Shown here: one piece after another, positions 24,214-32,221 of the stretch | Layout: every line of letters begins with the position of its first letter | Position numbering within the stretch: the first letter of the stretch is position 1 | Assembly (NCBI GenBank): GCA_041678645.1 | Contig: JBAYNT010000002.1 | Coordinates: 1-39,148 of the forward strand | Origin: Candidatus Dojkabacteria bacterium | GTDB taxonomy: Bacteria > Patescibacteriota > Dojkabacteria > SC72 | Direction: 5' to 3' | DNA: 39,148 nucleotides | Translations under genes and position numbers: made by a program | The notes under the pieces: model-generated | What the model saw: only the letters and a program-made list of their open reading frames with translations | What the model was told of the DNA's origin: nothing | Database searches by the model: none

Positions 24214-26385
24214 ATGCCATTTACTGCCTTACAATTTGTACAAAACAGTAAAAATAGCAACTCCTTTATTGGGGTATTTCGATATCTAAAAACTTCTGGC
24301 GTTAAATCTTCCAAAGAGGGTGAACTATATGGTTTTGTAACAATATCAAGTGAAGGGAATCTCCCTGCAGAAAGAGTCGCACATATAGCGTGGGACGGAG
24401 TAGTAGAAGGATATATGTACTCTCAGAGTAAATCCATCTCAGAATCTCTTAAATCAGGAATACAGGAATTCACAAGAAGACTTAAGGATTTGATGAGAAA
24501 CAGTAAAGAGCTAGAGGAGTCCGGAATAGATGCAAGTCTGGTAATCATCTCAGCTACCAAGGAGGGAGTATATGTTGCCAATTTAGGAGAAAATGAGATT
24601 TATGCCTACAGAGGAGAAAAGGTCGTAGATATTATAGAGATTTTGGAAAAAAATAATGCTCAGACAGCAGGCTTCATAATCTCAGACAGTGATCTTTTAG
24701 TAATTTCTACTGCCTCATTAATTTCGGAGAACATGCATACCTTAGTTGGTAAAAATAGCAGGGAAGATGTTCTGAAAGCTTTAAATCTTCTAGGGAAGAC
24801 ACTACTTCCTAACCAAGCTGTATTTTCTATATATTCAGAAAAGGAAGGTAAAGCGGAACCACTCAATACAGAGCTAATTGAAGAGAAGATCGAGCTGAGG
24901 AGTAGGCCCTTAGAGCCTAAGAAGATAAGGAAAGAAGGTAAAAAAATCGATTTGAAGAGGATACTAGATAGAACTAAGGAGTTTTTTTCTACTATATTTA
25001 CATTTCTGAAAAAGATTTCCATCCCTGTAATCCTATTCTTTAAAAAAACCTTTGCAAAGGTGTGGGTATTCATTAACAAGAAGCTGGGCAATCAGAGATG
25101 GTTTAAAAAATATGCCGCTAAAGCCTCTGAGATGAGACTCAAGAAACGGGCTCCAGGAATAAGAATAGATGGATATAAGGTTAAAGATTTAAGAACACAG
25201 AGGTTTAAGGTCGCTATACTTGGGACAATTGCTGTAATAGTTGCAGTTGCTGGTTATCAATATGCTAGGAAGCAGAAGGTGTTAAGAGAGTTGCATGCTC
25301 AAGCAGACCAGGTTTTTGAAGAAGTCAACAAGAAACTCGATAGTGCTAAAGGAAATCTTGCTACCAATACAAGTGAAGCAGAAAAAGAAGTCTTCTCAGC
25401 GAGCAACCTTTTAAATGATGTCCCGGAGGGGATAGACGAGGAGCATATCAAGAAAATGAATGAATTAGAACAAAAAGTATTGGGTGTAGAAGACAGCCTC
25501 TACAAAAGGGTGGTAGCATCACCTGAATCATTTGTAGGTTTTTTTGAAAATGGTACCGAGCTTACAGATATGAAATATATTCTCGATGATTCTGGTAACG
25601 AAATGTTACTTATTACAGATAAGGGGACTGGTTCTGTATGGAGAGTATCTATATATGACAGAAGTAAGAGTAGGATGGCTGATAACGAGGGCTTAATTAA
25701 ATCTCCTAAATATGTAGATGTAGGTAATGAAGGAGATATTTTCGTGTATGATCAAGAGGTTGGTGTACTTAAGGCAACAGTTTCTGGTTCTGATTGGAGT
25801 CCATTCAAAAAGCTTACAGGAGTAGGTCTTAGCAATATAGGTATTAAAGATGTAGTGGAGTTTGCAGTCCTTACTGCTACTGACAACCTTTACTATCTTG
25901 ATAGAGATAATGCTAGGATCGTAAAAAGTGTTAATTACGGTACAGGGTATAGTAGTACTGTAACTACAGTCATAAATGATGAAAACTTTAGCAAGGCCAA
26001 TGATTTCTTTGCGGATTTTAGTATATATATACTTACCTCAGGTAATGAAGGGGTTTTGAGATACTCTGCAGGTAGTTATGTACCTATTACTGTTGTAGGG
26101 GTTAATGGCGAAATGGGGGAACTAACGTGTGGAAACACTTCTGGGAATATGGACTTCGCGTTCTATATGTTTGATCAGGGAAACAAGAGAGTGTTGAAAT
26201 TAGAAAAGCCAAAAGATAGCTACAATGACAAATTACATCCTAACGAGTTAGTTTTGCTTAATCAGTATGTCTATAGAGGAGATAACAACTCGATGTGGGA
26301 TAATGTAAAAGAAATTGCTGTTGATAGAGCAGAGAAATATATGTATGTATTGGATGGTAATAATGTCTGGAGAATCTCTTTGTAG
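24214..26385 (+). CDS. Bitopic receptor-like protein: degenerate PP2C/SpoIIE-like N-domain, TM, coiled-coil, six-bladed (NHL-like) beta-propeller
   Basis: PP2C-like strings are GVYVANLGENEIYAYRG and DSDLLVISTASL. The TM is FKVAILGTIAVIVAVAGYQY. Six blade-like repeats: LLITDKGTGSVWRV, IFVYDQEVGVLKA, LYYLDRDNARIVKS, IYILTSGNEGVLRY, FYMFDQGNKRVLKL and MYVLDGNNVWRISL. Confidence 0.6.
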   Translation: MPFTALQFVQNSKNSNSFIGVFRYLKTSGVKSSKEGELYGFVTISSEGNLPAERVAHIAWDGVVEGYMYSQSKSISESLKSGIQEFTRRLKDLMRNSKELEESGIDASLVIISATKEGVYVANLGENEIYAYRGEKVVDIIEILEKNNAQTAGFIISDSDLLVISTASLISENMHTLVGKNSREDVLKALNLLGKTLLPNQAVFSIYSEKEGKAEPLNTELIEEKIELRSRPLEPKKIRKEGKKIDLKRILDRTKEFFSTIFTFLKKISIPVILFFKKTFAKVWVFINKKLGNQRWFKKYAAKASEMRLKKRAPGIRIDGYKVKDLRTQRFKVAILGTIAVIVAVAGYQYARKQKVLRELHAQADQVFEEVNKKLDSAKGNLATNTSEAEKEVFSASNLLNDVPEGIDEEHIKKMNELEQKVLGVEDSLYKRVVASPESFVGFFENGTELTDMKYILDDSGNEMLLITDKGTGSVWRVSIYDRSKSRMADNEGLIKSPKYVDVGNEGDIFVYDQEVGVLKATVSGSDWSPFKKLTGVGLSNIGIKDVVEFAVLTATDNLYYLDRDNARIVKSVNYGTGYSSTVTTVINDENFSKANDFFADFSIYILTSGNEGVLRYSAGSYVPITVVGVNGEMGELTCGNTSGNMDFAFYMFDQGNKRVLKLEKPKDSYNDKLHPNELVLLNQYVYRGDNNSMWDNVKEIAVDRAEKYMYVLDGNNVWRISL

Positions 26386-26396
26386 TATAATCTGGA

Positions 26397-26840
26397 ATGA
26401 AAATTGTTAATAAAAAAGCCTATCGCAATTACAGTATTGAGGATTCTTTTGAGGCGGGTATTGTTTTAACGGGTGCTGAGGTTAAATCTATTAGGAGTGG
26501 GAGATGCAACCTTTCTGATGCGTATGTGAAATTTTTAGGTAATGAACTATGGCTTGTTAATGCAGATATAGCTAGATATACTCATGATGGTCGAGAGGAT
26601 TACGATAGTAATAGAAGTAGGAAACTTTTGCTTAAGAAAAAAGAGATGGATACATTAAGAGGTAAAATTAAGCAAGGTAGGCTTGTCTTAATACCTTTGA
26701 GTGTATATACCACTAGAAATCTGATAAAGGTTCAAGTAGGATTAGGCAAGGGTAAGAGAGAGTATGAAAGGAAGGGTGTAGAGAAAGATAGGGATGTCAA
26801 GAGAGAGATGGCTAGAATAAAGAGAAAACACATGGTATAA
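26397..26840 (+). CDS. smpB: SsrA-binding protein SmpB
   Basis: KKAYRNYSIEDSFEAGIVLTGAEVKSIRSGRCNLSDAYVKF...RSRKLLLKKKEMDTL...GRLVLIPLSVY...KVQVGLGKGKREYERK is canonical SmpB. Confidence 0.95.
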   Translation: MKIVNKKAYRNYSIEDSFEAGIVLTGAEVKSIRSGRCNLSDAYVKFLGNELWLVNADIARYTHDGREDYDSNRSRKLLLKKKEMDTLRGKIKQGRLVLIPLSVYTTRNLIKVQVGLGKGKREYERKGVEKDRDVKREMARIKRKHMV

Positions 26841-26852
26841 TTGTTATAGGTT

Positions 26853-27203
26853 ATGAATAATAAATTAGACGGATTTGGTAGTATGAATCCAACAATAGAA
26901 AATGTAATGCCAACAAAAATGGACACTCTAAAGGAGGGGGATCCTGCATTCCCTGTCGAATCAAATGAAATTAATAGTGTTAATCCTGAGATGGGAGAGA
27001 TGAAAGGAATTACCCCTATCCCATCAACCAAAGAATCATCAGAGGTCTCAGATTCTCCGCAGACGGTGTCTGCGTTGCAGGAGGGGCCTACAACTACAAG
27101 AGAGAAGAGAGAAATTGACGCTACAAACGGTTTTGCTTCTATACTAAATGGCAAAAGTGGTGGTAGATTTAGTGTAGATATTACTAAAGTCTCAAAAAAT
27201 TAA
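26853..27203 (+). CDS. Hypothetical low-complexity (likely disordered) protein upstream of the T4SS-type ATPase
   Basis: 116 aa rich in P/S/T/E, with no TM and no recognisable motif. Confidence 0.4.
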   Translation: MNNKLDGFGSMNPTIENVMPTKMDTLKEGDPAFPVESNEINSVNPEMGEMKGITPIPSTKESSEVSDSPQTVSALQEGPTTTREKREIDATNGFASILNGKSGGRFSVDITKVSKN

Positions 27204-27252
27204 CCTTTTTAAAATTCTCAACACATATTTTCTGTGATAAACTATACCTAGT

Positions 27253-29772
27253 ATGGTAACGCAGCAATATTCTAAAGAACAACTTTTTTCACAGGTGGGC
27301 CCTATGCCTACTGAAGAAGTAAGACCTGGCGCACAGGTACAGTACCCCAAAGACTCTTACAACAACAGAGAAATAGATATCCCATGGGGATGGATTACCT
27401 TTGTTTTTCTCTTTATCGGCATCATAATTGCTGTCTACTATATTGTTAAAAAAAGATTAGAGGAAAAAGATAGGGATGATAAAGCTAGCAAATGGGCCCT
27501 ATTTGAAGTAAGAGTACCAAGAACTAATGAGATTGAAATAGGGGAGGCAGAAAAGATGTTCGCTAATCTTATTAGTATTGGCGGAAAAGGTGATGGGTTA
27601 GCTGGTAAATTCACAGTAAACAACTCGATTAGCTTTGAATTGATGGCTATACCAGGAGAGATAAGGTTCTATGTACACTGCCCAAAAAGGTTGGCAGAGA
27701 TGGTTGAGAAACAGATATTAGGTTCATACCAAGACGCAGAGGTTAAGCAGGTCAATGATTATAATATTTTTGATACTAATACCCAGGTTGAATATACGAG
27801 ATTAGAGCTAGAGGAAGAAAATTACTTCCCAGTTAGAACAGCTGAAGGATTTGAAGGTGACCCGCTATCCAACCTACTAAGTAGCTTGAGTAAAATGTCC
27901 CAGGGTGAGGGTGCTATGGTGCAAATCATTATTACTCCTACAGATAATAAATGGCGAAAGAATGGAGAGAAATATATAGGGAAGATCGAATCAAATAATG
28001 CAGATCCTGAGAAAAAGAGAATAGAAGTTTCTCAAGAGAAACTGCAGGCAGTTAACAAGAAGATATCTAAAGCGGGTTTTAAGACAGATATCCGTATAGT
28101 CACGAGTGCTCCTAGTAAAGAATTAGCCAAAATGCATTTGGATAATATTGTTGGTGCTTTCGATCAATTTAGTAATCCAGGAGTTAACAGTTTTAAGAAA
28201 AAGAAAGTAAAGGATAGTGCAAAAGAAGAGTTTATCCATGACGTTATATATCGTAGAACTCCATTGGACTGTAAGACGATTTTGAATACTGAGGAATTAG
28301 CAGCGATATACCATTTCCCTAATAAGGAGATTACCACTCCTAATATCCATTGGCTTCTTTCAAGAGAAATACCTGCCTCTAATGAGATTAATACCGATAT
28401 CAACAGTATTGATACCATTTGGTTGGGCAACAATGAGTATAGAGGAGAGGTAAAAAGAGTTTGTTTTGAAAGAGACGATAGGCGTAGGCACACATATATT
28501 TTAGGGCAGACGGGTACTGGTAAATCATGGCTATTAGCAAGGATGATAGTTCAAGATATCTATAATGGCGACGGAGTGTGTTTTATTGATCCTCACGGAG
28601 ATGCGGCGGAAATGGTGTTAGAGCGTATACCACCAGAAAGAGCAGAGGATGTGATTTACTTTAATGCTGCAGATTTTGAGAGACCATTTGGTTTAAATAT
28701 CATGGAGTTTTATAATGAACAGCATAAACATCAGATTGTAAATAGCTTTATTGCACTTCTTATTCGTATGTTTGATCCTAACAATCAAGGGTTCGCTGGA
28801 CCTATGTTTCAACAGGCTGTACGTAACGCTATGCTCACTGCAATGTCTGAGAAGGGTTCTACGCTCATAGAGGTTGTGCGTATCTTACAAGACGAGCAGT
28901 GGGTCAAGGACAAGTGGTTGCCAATTATTCAAGACGATCTTGTTAGGAGGTATTGGACAGATCAAATAGCTAAGACAGATCAAAAGACAAAATCTGAGAG
29001 TTTAGGCTACTTTATATCCAAGTTTGATAAATTCACCACCAATTTGGCTATTAGAAATATTATTGGTCAGTCAGAATCCTCCTTTGATTTTAGAGACATT
29101 ATGGATAATCAAAAAATCCTTATCGTCAATCTTTCTAAAGGTATGATAGGGGAGGAGAACATGTCTTTTCTTGGGCTATTGCTGGTTCAGAAAATGTTAG
29201 CGGCTGCTTTGAGTAGAGAAAATGTTGAAGAGAAGCAGAGAAAAGATTTCTTTTTCTATGCCGATGAATTCCAAAATTTTGCTACAGACGATTTCTGCAC
29301 AATACTTTCTGAGGCTAGGAAGTATAGGCTAAATCTTACTATGGCCCATCAGTATATTGGGCAATTACCAGAGAATATTAAGAGTGCTGTGTTTGGGAAT
29401 GTTGGTTCTTTACTTATTGCTCGTTGTAGTGCGGAGGATGGTAAGTTTCTAGAGCCTCAGTTTGACCCACTTCTCACTGGAGAGGATCTTATAAATCAAG
29501 GTTTGGCTCATTATTATGTGAAGATGTTAACGAACGGTTCTTATCCTGGACCATTTTCACTTAATACATCCTATGGTAGTAGGTTCCCTATGTCTGGTTT
29601 TGATATGCCAGTTAATCCAGAGGTCCTTGGTCTTATAAAGAAGATGTCTAGAACTAGGTATGGTAGGGATATTAATGTAGTTAATGCTGATATTAAGAGT
29701 AGGGCCGACTTGGATAAACCAACAACGGCTCCTTTGGAAGCTCCTGTAAGTTTCCCACCAATGAATTTTTAG
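27253..29772 (+). CDS. Membrane-anchored FtsK/HerA-superfamily P-loop ATPase, VirD4/TraD/TrwB (T4SS coupling protein)-like
   Basis: N-terminal TM WGWITFVFLFIGIIIAVYYIV. Walker A ILGQTGTGKSW, then VCFIDPHGD. Walker B FFFYADEFQNF, then EARKYRLNLTMAHQYIGQL. I cannot exclude a VirB3-VirB4-like assignment without an HMM search. Confidence 0.7.
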   Translation: MVTQQYSKEQLFSQVGPMPTEEVRPGAQVQYPKDSYNNREIDIPWGWITFVFLFIGIIIAVYYIVKKRLEEKDRDDKASKWALFEVRVPRTNEIEIGEAEKMFANLISIGGKGDGLAGKFTVNNSISFELMAIPGEIRFYVHCPKRLAEMVEKQILGSYQDAEVKQVNDYNIFDTNTQVEYTRLELEEENYFPVRTAEGFEGDPLSNLLSSLSKMSQGEGAMVQIIITPTDNKWRKNGEKYIGKIESNNADPEKKRIEVSQEKLQAVNKKISKAGFKTDIRIVTSAPSKELAKMHLDNIVGAFDQFSNPGVNSFKKKKVKDSAKEEFIHDVIYRRTPLDCKTILNTEELAAIYHFPNKEITTPNIHWLLSREIPASNEINTDINSIDTIWLGNNEYRGEVKRVCFERDDRRRHTYILGQTGTGKSWLLARMIVQDIYNGDGVCFIDPHGDAAEMVLERIPPERAEDVIYFNAADFERPFGLNIMEFYNEQHKHQIVNSFIALLIRMFDPNNQGFAGPMFQQAVRNAMLTAMSEKGSTLIEVVRILQDEQWVKDKWLPIIQDDLVRRYWTDQIAKTDQKTKSESLGYFISKFDKFTTNLAIRNIIGQSESSFDFRDIMDNQKILIVNLSKGMIGEENMSFLGLLLVQKMLAAALSRENVEEKQRKDFFFYADEFQNFATDDFCTILSEARKYRLNLTMAHQYIGQLPENIKSAVFGNVGSLLIARCSAEDGKFLEPQFDPLLTGEDLINQGLAHYYVKMLTNGSYPGPFSLNTSYGSRFPMSGFDMPVNPEVLGLIKKMSRTRYGRDINVVNADIKSRADLDKPTTAPLEAPVSFPPMNF

Positions 29773-29801
29773 AGGGGGTAGATGTATTTTGTCTCAATTT
29801 T

Positions 29802-29810
29802 TGGTAAAAT
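29802..29810 (+). promoter_or_regulatory. Extended -10 element TGGTAAAAT, 11 nt upstream of tRNA-Ile
   Basis: Same motif and same 11-nt spacing as the element before the tRNA at 32822. Confidence 0.45.
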
Positions 29811-29821
29811 CACGACAGCAT

Positions 29822-29898
29822 GGGAGTATAGCTCAGGTGGTTAGAGCACGGTTCTTATAAAGCCGCGGTCGATGGTTCAAGTCCATCTACTCCCACCA
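29822..29898 (+). tRNA. tRNA-Ile (anticodon UAU), CCA encoded
   Basis: gggagta/tactccc acceptor, D-arm gctc...gagc, anticodon stem cggtt/agccg, loop ctTATaa, T-loop ttcaagt. The body resembles Ile tRNAs. Confidence 0.9.
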
Positions 29899-29976
29899 TG
29901 TTACAGATCTATGGTACAAGAAGTCAGTTATTCAGTGTCTGAAATAAAAAAGGATGTGTGTGTAGATGCAGAAACC

Positions 29977-30873
29977 TTATAAATCCCTTAAACTCTTTTC
30001 ACTCTCAGGATTTTTGTTATCTATAAGGTTTAAATATTTCTCTGTGGTAGATAATCTTTTATGACCAACTAATTTAGAAACGGTCACTAAGCTTACCCCG
30101 TTAGCTAAATGGTGTGCTATAAATGTATTCCTAAGATCGTTAACTTTTGCATTCTTAATACTTGCTCTCTCAAAAGCCTTATCTATAGTTGTTCTAATGT
30201 TTCTAACCAGAAGAGGTCTACCATTCTTAGTTATAAAAAGTGTTTCCTCATCTGTCTCTGGTCTAATCTCTAGATAGTCGTCTATTGCCTTCTTCGCTGA
30301 CTTATTAAGAGGGACATTTCTAGAATCATGACTACCGTAAGGAGCAATATAAATGTAATTCAATTTCTTTCCGTCAACATCCTTACTCTTAATATCATCT
30401 ATGGTAAGAGAGGCTAGCTCTCCAATTCTAATCCCTGTCTGAAGCAATATCTCAATGATAGAGTAAAGCCTTATGTCTGCCCTGCTAACATCTCTCAATG
30501 CTCTATACTCCATCTCAGAAAGAACTCTTGGAGGTTTAGTCTCAAACTTAGGATGTGCTAACTTGTCAGAAGGGTTATCTGAGAGCTTACCAACAGAAGC
30601 AAGGTATTTATAAAAGGTCCTTGTGCTATTTATTTTTCTAGAGACACTTTTAGGGGTGTAGTTGTTGTCCTGTAAATATTTCTTATATGCCTCTAAATCT
30701 TCTATAGAGGTATCCTCTAGTTTTATTGTGCCGTTCTCAGAAAAGAAGTTGAGTAACTGCTCAATATCTTTTGAATAGGCGACAGCAGTAGATTCAGCTC
30801 GGCCCTTACTGCTAAGGTCCTCTATGAAATCTCTATGGTACTGGGCAAAATTCTCGTTTTTTACTTTAATCAA
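29977..30873 (-). CDS. Tyrosine site-specific recombinase, XerC/XerD family
   Basis: N-terminal SAM-like AESTAVAYSKDIEQLLNFF. Catalytic region LLQTGIRIGELASL (Arg), RNVPL, NDLRNTFIAHHL, LVGHKRLSTTEKYLNL (His..Tyr). The apparent start is TTG, since no in-frame ATG lies near the N-terminus. Confidence 0.85.
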   Translation of the reverse strand: MIKVKNENFAQYHRDFIEDLSSKGRAESTAVAYSKDIEQLLNFFSENGTIKLEDTSIEDLEAYKKYLQDNNYTPKSVSRKINSTRTFYKYLASVGKLSDNPSDKLAHPKFETKPPRVLSEMEYRALRDVSRADIRLYSIIEILLQTGIRIGELASLTIDDIKSKDVDGKKLNYIYIAPYGSHDSRNVPLNKSAKKAIDDYLEIRPETDEETLFITKNGRPLLVRNIRTTIDKAFERASIKNAKVNDLRNTFIAHHLANGVSLVTVSKLVGHKRLSTTEKYLNLIDNKNPESEKSLRDL

Positions 30874-31004
30874 TGTAGTAGCTACTAAATTAATAATAGT
30901 CTTTGAATAATATACTATAAGTTGGTGGCAAATGCAAAGGTTTCGAATAAAACAATCTATACCTTATTTCTTTTTGTTTTAAATATTTGATACTATTGAT
31001 ATAT

Positions 31005-31454
31005 ATGAAAGAATTTAAATACAACAGGAAAGATAGAAACAGAAAGAGTAAGGAAGAAGGCAGTATAGCAAACAGGCTACTGGATAGTGGGATAGGGAAA
31101 GTAGTTTTAATAATCGTTTCCATACTAATGATTTTGAGTGTATATAGATCTTTTAAACAGATGGGGCAGAAGGTATCTTTACTTAAACAGGCTGAACAGG
31201 AGGTAAGAAGCTTAAGGCTGGAAAATTTAAATCTATCCCTACAGGTTGAGAAAGCAGGAAGTATTACAACATTAGAGAAAGAGGCTAGGAACAGATTAAA
31301 TTATGGGCAGGAAGGAGAATTAATTTTTGTAATAGGGGAGGACTTGGTGGAAGTAGGCAAAGAGAAAATTCAAGCCATTCTTTATCCTGAGGAACAAGAG
31401 TCTCAGGAAGACGTTCTAGATGAATGGTTAGACTTCTTAGTCACTGGGTATTGA
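31005..31454 (+). CDS. ftsB: Septum formation initiator (FtsB/DivIC family)
   Basis: Single TM VVLIIVSILMILSVY, then coiled-coil LLKQAEQEVRSLRLENLNLSLQVEK and the conserved EKEARNRLNYGQEGELIF. It ends in TGA. Confidence 0.75.
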   Translation: MKEFKYNRKDRNRKSKEEGSIANRLLDSGIGKVVLIIVSILMILSVYRSFKQMGQKVSLLKQAEQEVRSLRLENLNLSLQVEKAGSITTLEKEARNRLNYGQEGELIFVIGEDLVEVGKEKIQAILYPEEQESQEDVLDEWLDFLVTGY

Positions 31455-31505
31455 AATTTGCTATTAACCTCTCTGTTGATATATAATTAGCCCATACTTG
31501 ATTAG

Positions 31506-31580
31506 CGCGGGGTAGAGCAGTGGCAGCTCGTCAGGCTCATAACCTGGAGGTCGTCGGTTCGAATCCGACCCCCGCAACCA
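31506..31580 (+). tRNA. Initiator tRNA-fMet (anticodon CAU), CCA encoded
   Basis: cgcgggg...ccccgca gives the C1xA72 mismatch typical of bacterial initiators. Anticodon loop ctCATaa, T-loop ttcgaat. Confidence 0.88.
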
Positions 31581-31588
31581 GAAATATC

Positions 31589-32140
31589 CTAAACCTGAAT
31601 CTTCCTAATTATATCTCTCCCATTCCTGTACTTCCCGCCTTCATCTAATCCATATCCTAGTACCCAAGCATCTGGTATTTGGAAACCCAAGTAGTCTATA
31701 GGTACATATATTTCTCTTTTGCTCGGTTTTGATAGTAAGCTACAGACTTTTATAGAGTTAGGATTCCTAGCATATAGCATTTTTAAGAGAGTATCCATGG
31801 AGTATCCAGTATCAACGATATCCTCTATTATTATCACATCAGTATTCATGATAGATCTTTTAGTGTCAGAGAGAATTTTTGGTTCCCCATCAGTGTTCTG
31901 GTCTTTTGTATAACTAGATAACTTCATAAAATCTATGTATATATCTGGATGACTGATGCTTTTAGCGAGATCAGAGGTGAACATAAAGGCACCATTAAGA
32001 ATCCCTATCAAAACAAGATCGTGATTACTGCTCTCATAGTCTTGTGTGATTTCTTCTCCTAGCTCATTAACCCTATCTAAAATTTCTTTTTCAGATAGAA
32101 GTGTCTCGAATAGCCCTTTTTCTTTTTCTACCATTCTCAT
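31589..32140 (-). CDS. hpt: Hypoxanthine(-guanine) phosphoribosyltransferase
   Basis: PRPP-binding motif DVIIIEDIVDTGYSM, plus LIGILNGAFMFTSDL, KVCSLLSKP and YGLD. Confidence 0.92.
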   Translation of the reverse strand: MRMVEKEKGLFETLLSEKEILDRVNELGEEITQDYESSNHDLVLIGILNGAFMFTSDLAKSISHPDIYIDFMKLSSYTKDQNTDGEPKILSDTKRSIMNTDVIIIEDIVDTGYSMDTLLKMLYARNPNSIKVCSLLSKPSKREIYVPIDYLGFQIPDAWVLGYGLDEGGKYRNGRDIIRKIQV

Positions 32141-32178
32141 TTAGATAATTTTATTCCTTACCAATATACCACGTTTTA

Positions 32179-32187
32179 TGATAAAAT
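32179..32187 (+). promoter_or_regulatory. Extended -10 TGATAAAAT for efp, back-to-back with a TGGTATATT element on the minus strand (about 32163-32171) for hpt
   Basis: Both elements read directly in the 72-nt divergent intergenic region. Confidence 0.4.
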
Positions 32188-32221
32188 TACGCTGTTTCAA
32201 TTTTTAATAAGGATGAAGCGT

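Noticed and set aside
24660-27154. 143-aa (24660-25091) and 140-aa (26732-27154) minus-strand ORFs.
   Set aside because: They are antisense to better-supported plus-strand genes in a tightly packed co-directional operon and have no recognisable motifs.
29822-32000. tRNA-Ile followed immediately by a tyrosine recombinase, the classic signature of a genomic island integrated at a tRNA.
   Set aside because: Islands lie downstream of the tRNA 3' end. Here that side is ftsB, initiator tRNA, hpt, efp, ftsH and polA, which is pure core genome. The T4SS-like genes lie on the 5' side of the tRNA, which does not fit tRNA-3'-end integration. I saw no repeat of the tRNA 3' segment by eye. The recombinase also has XerC/D-type N-terminal motifs.
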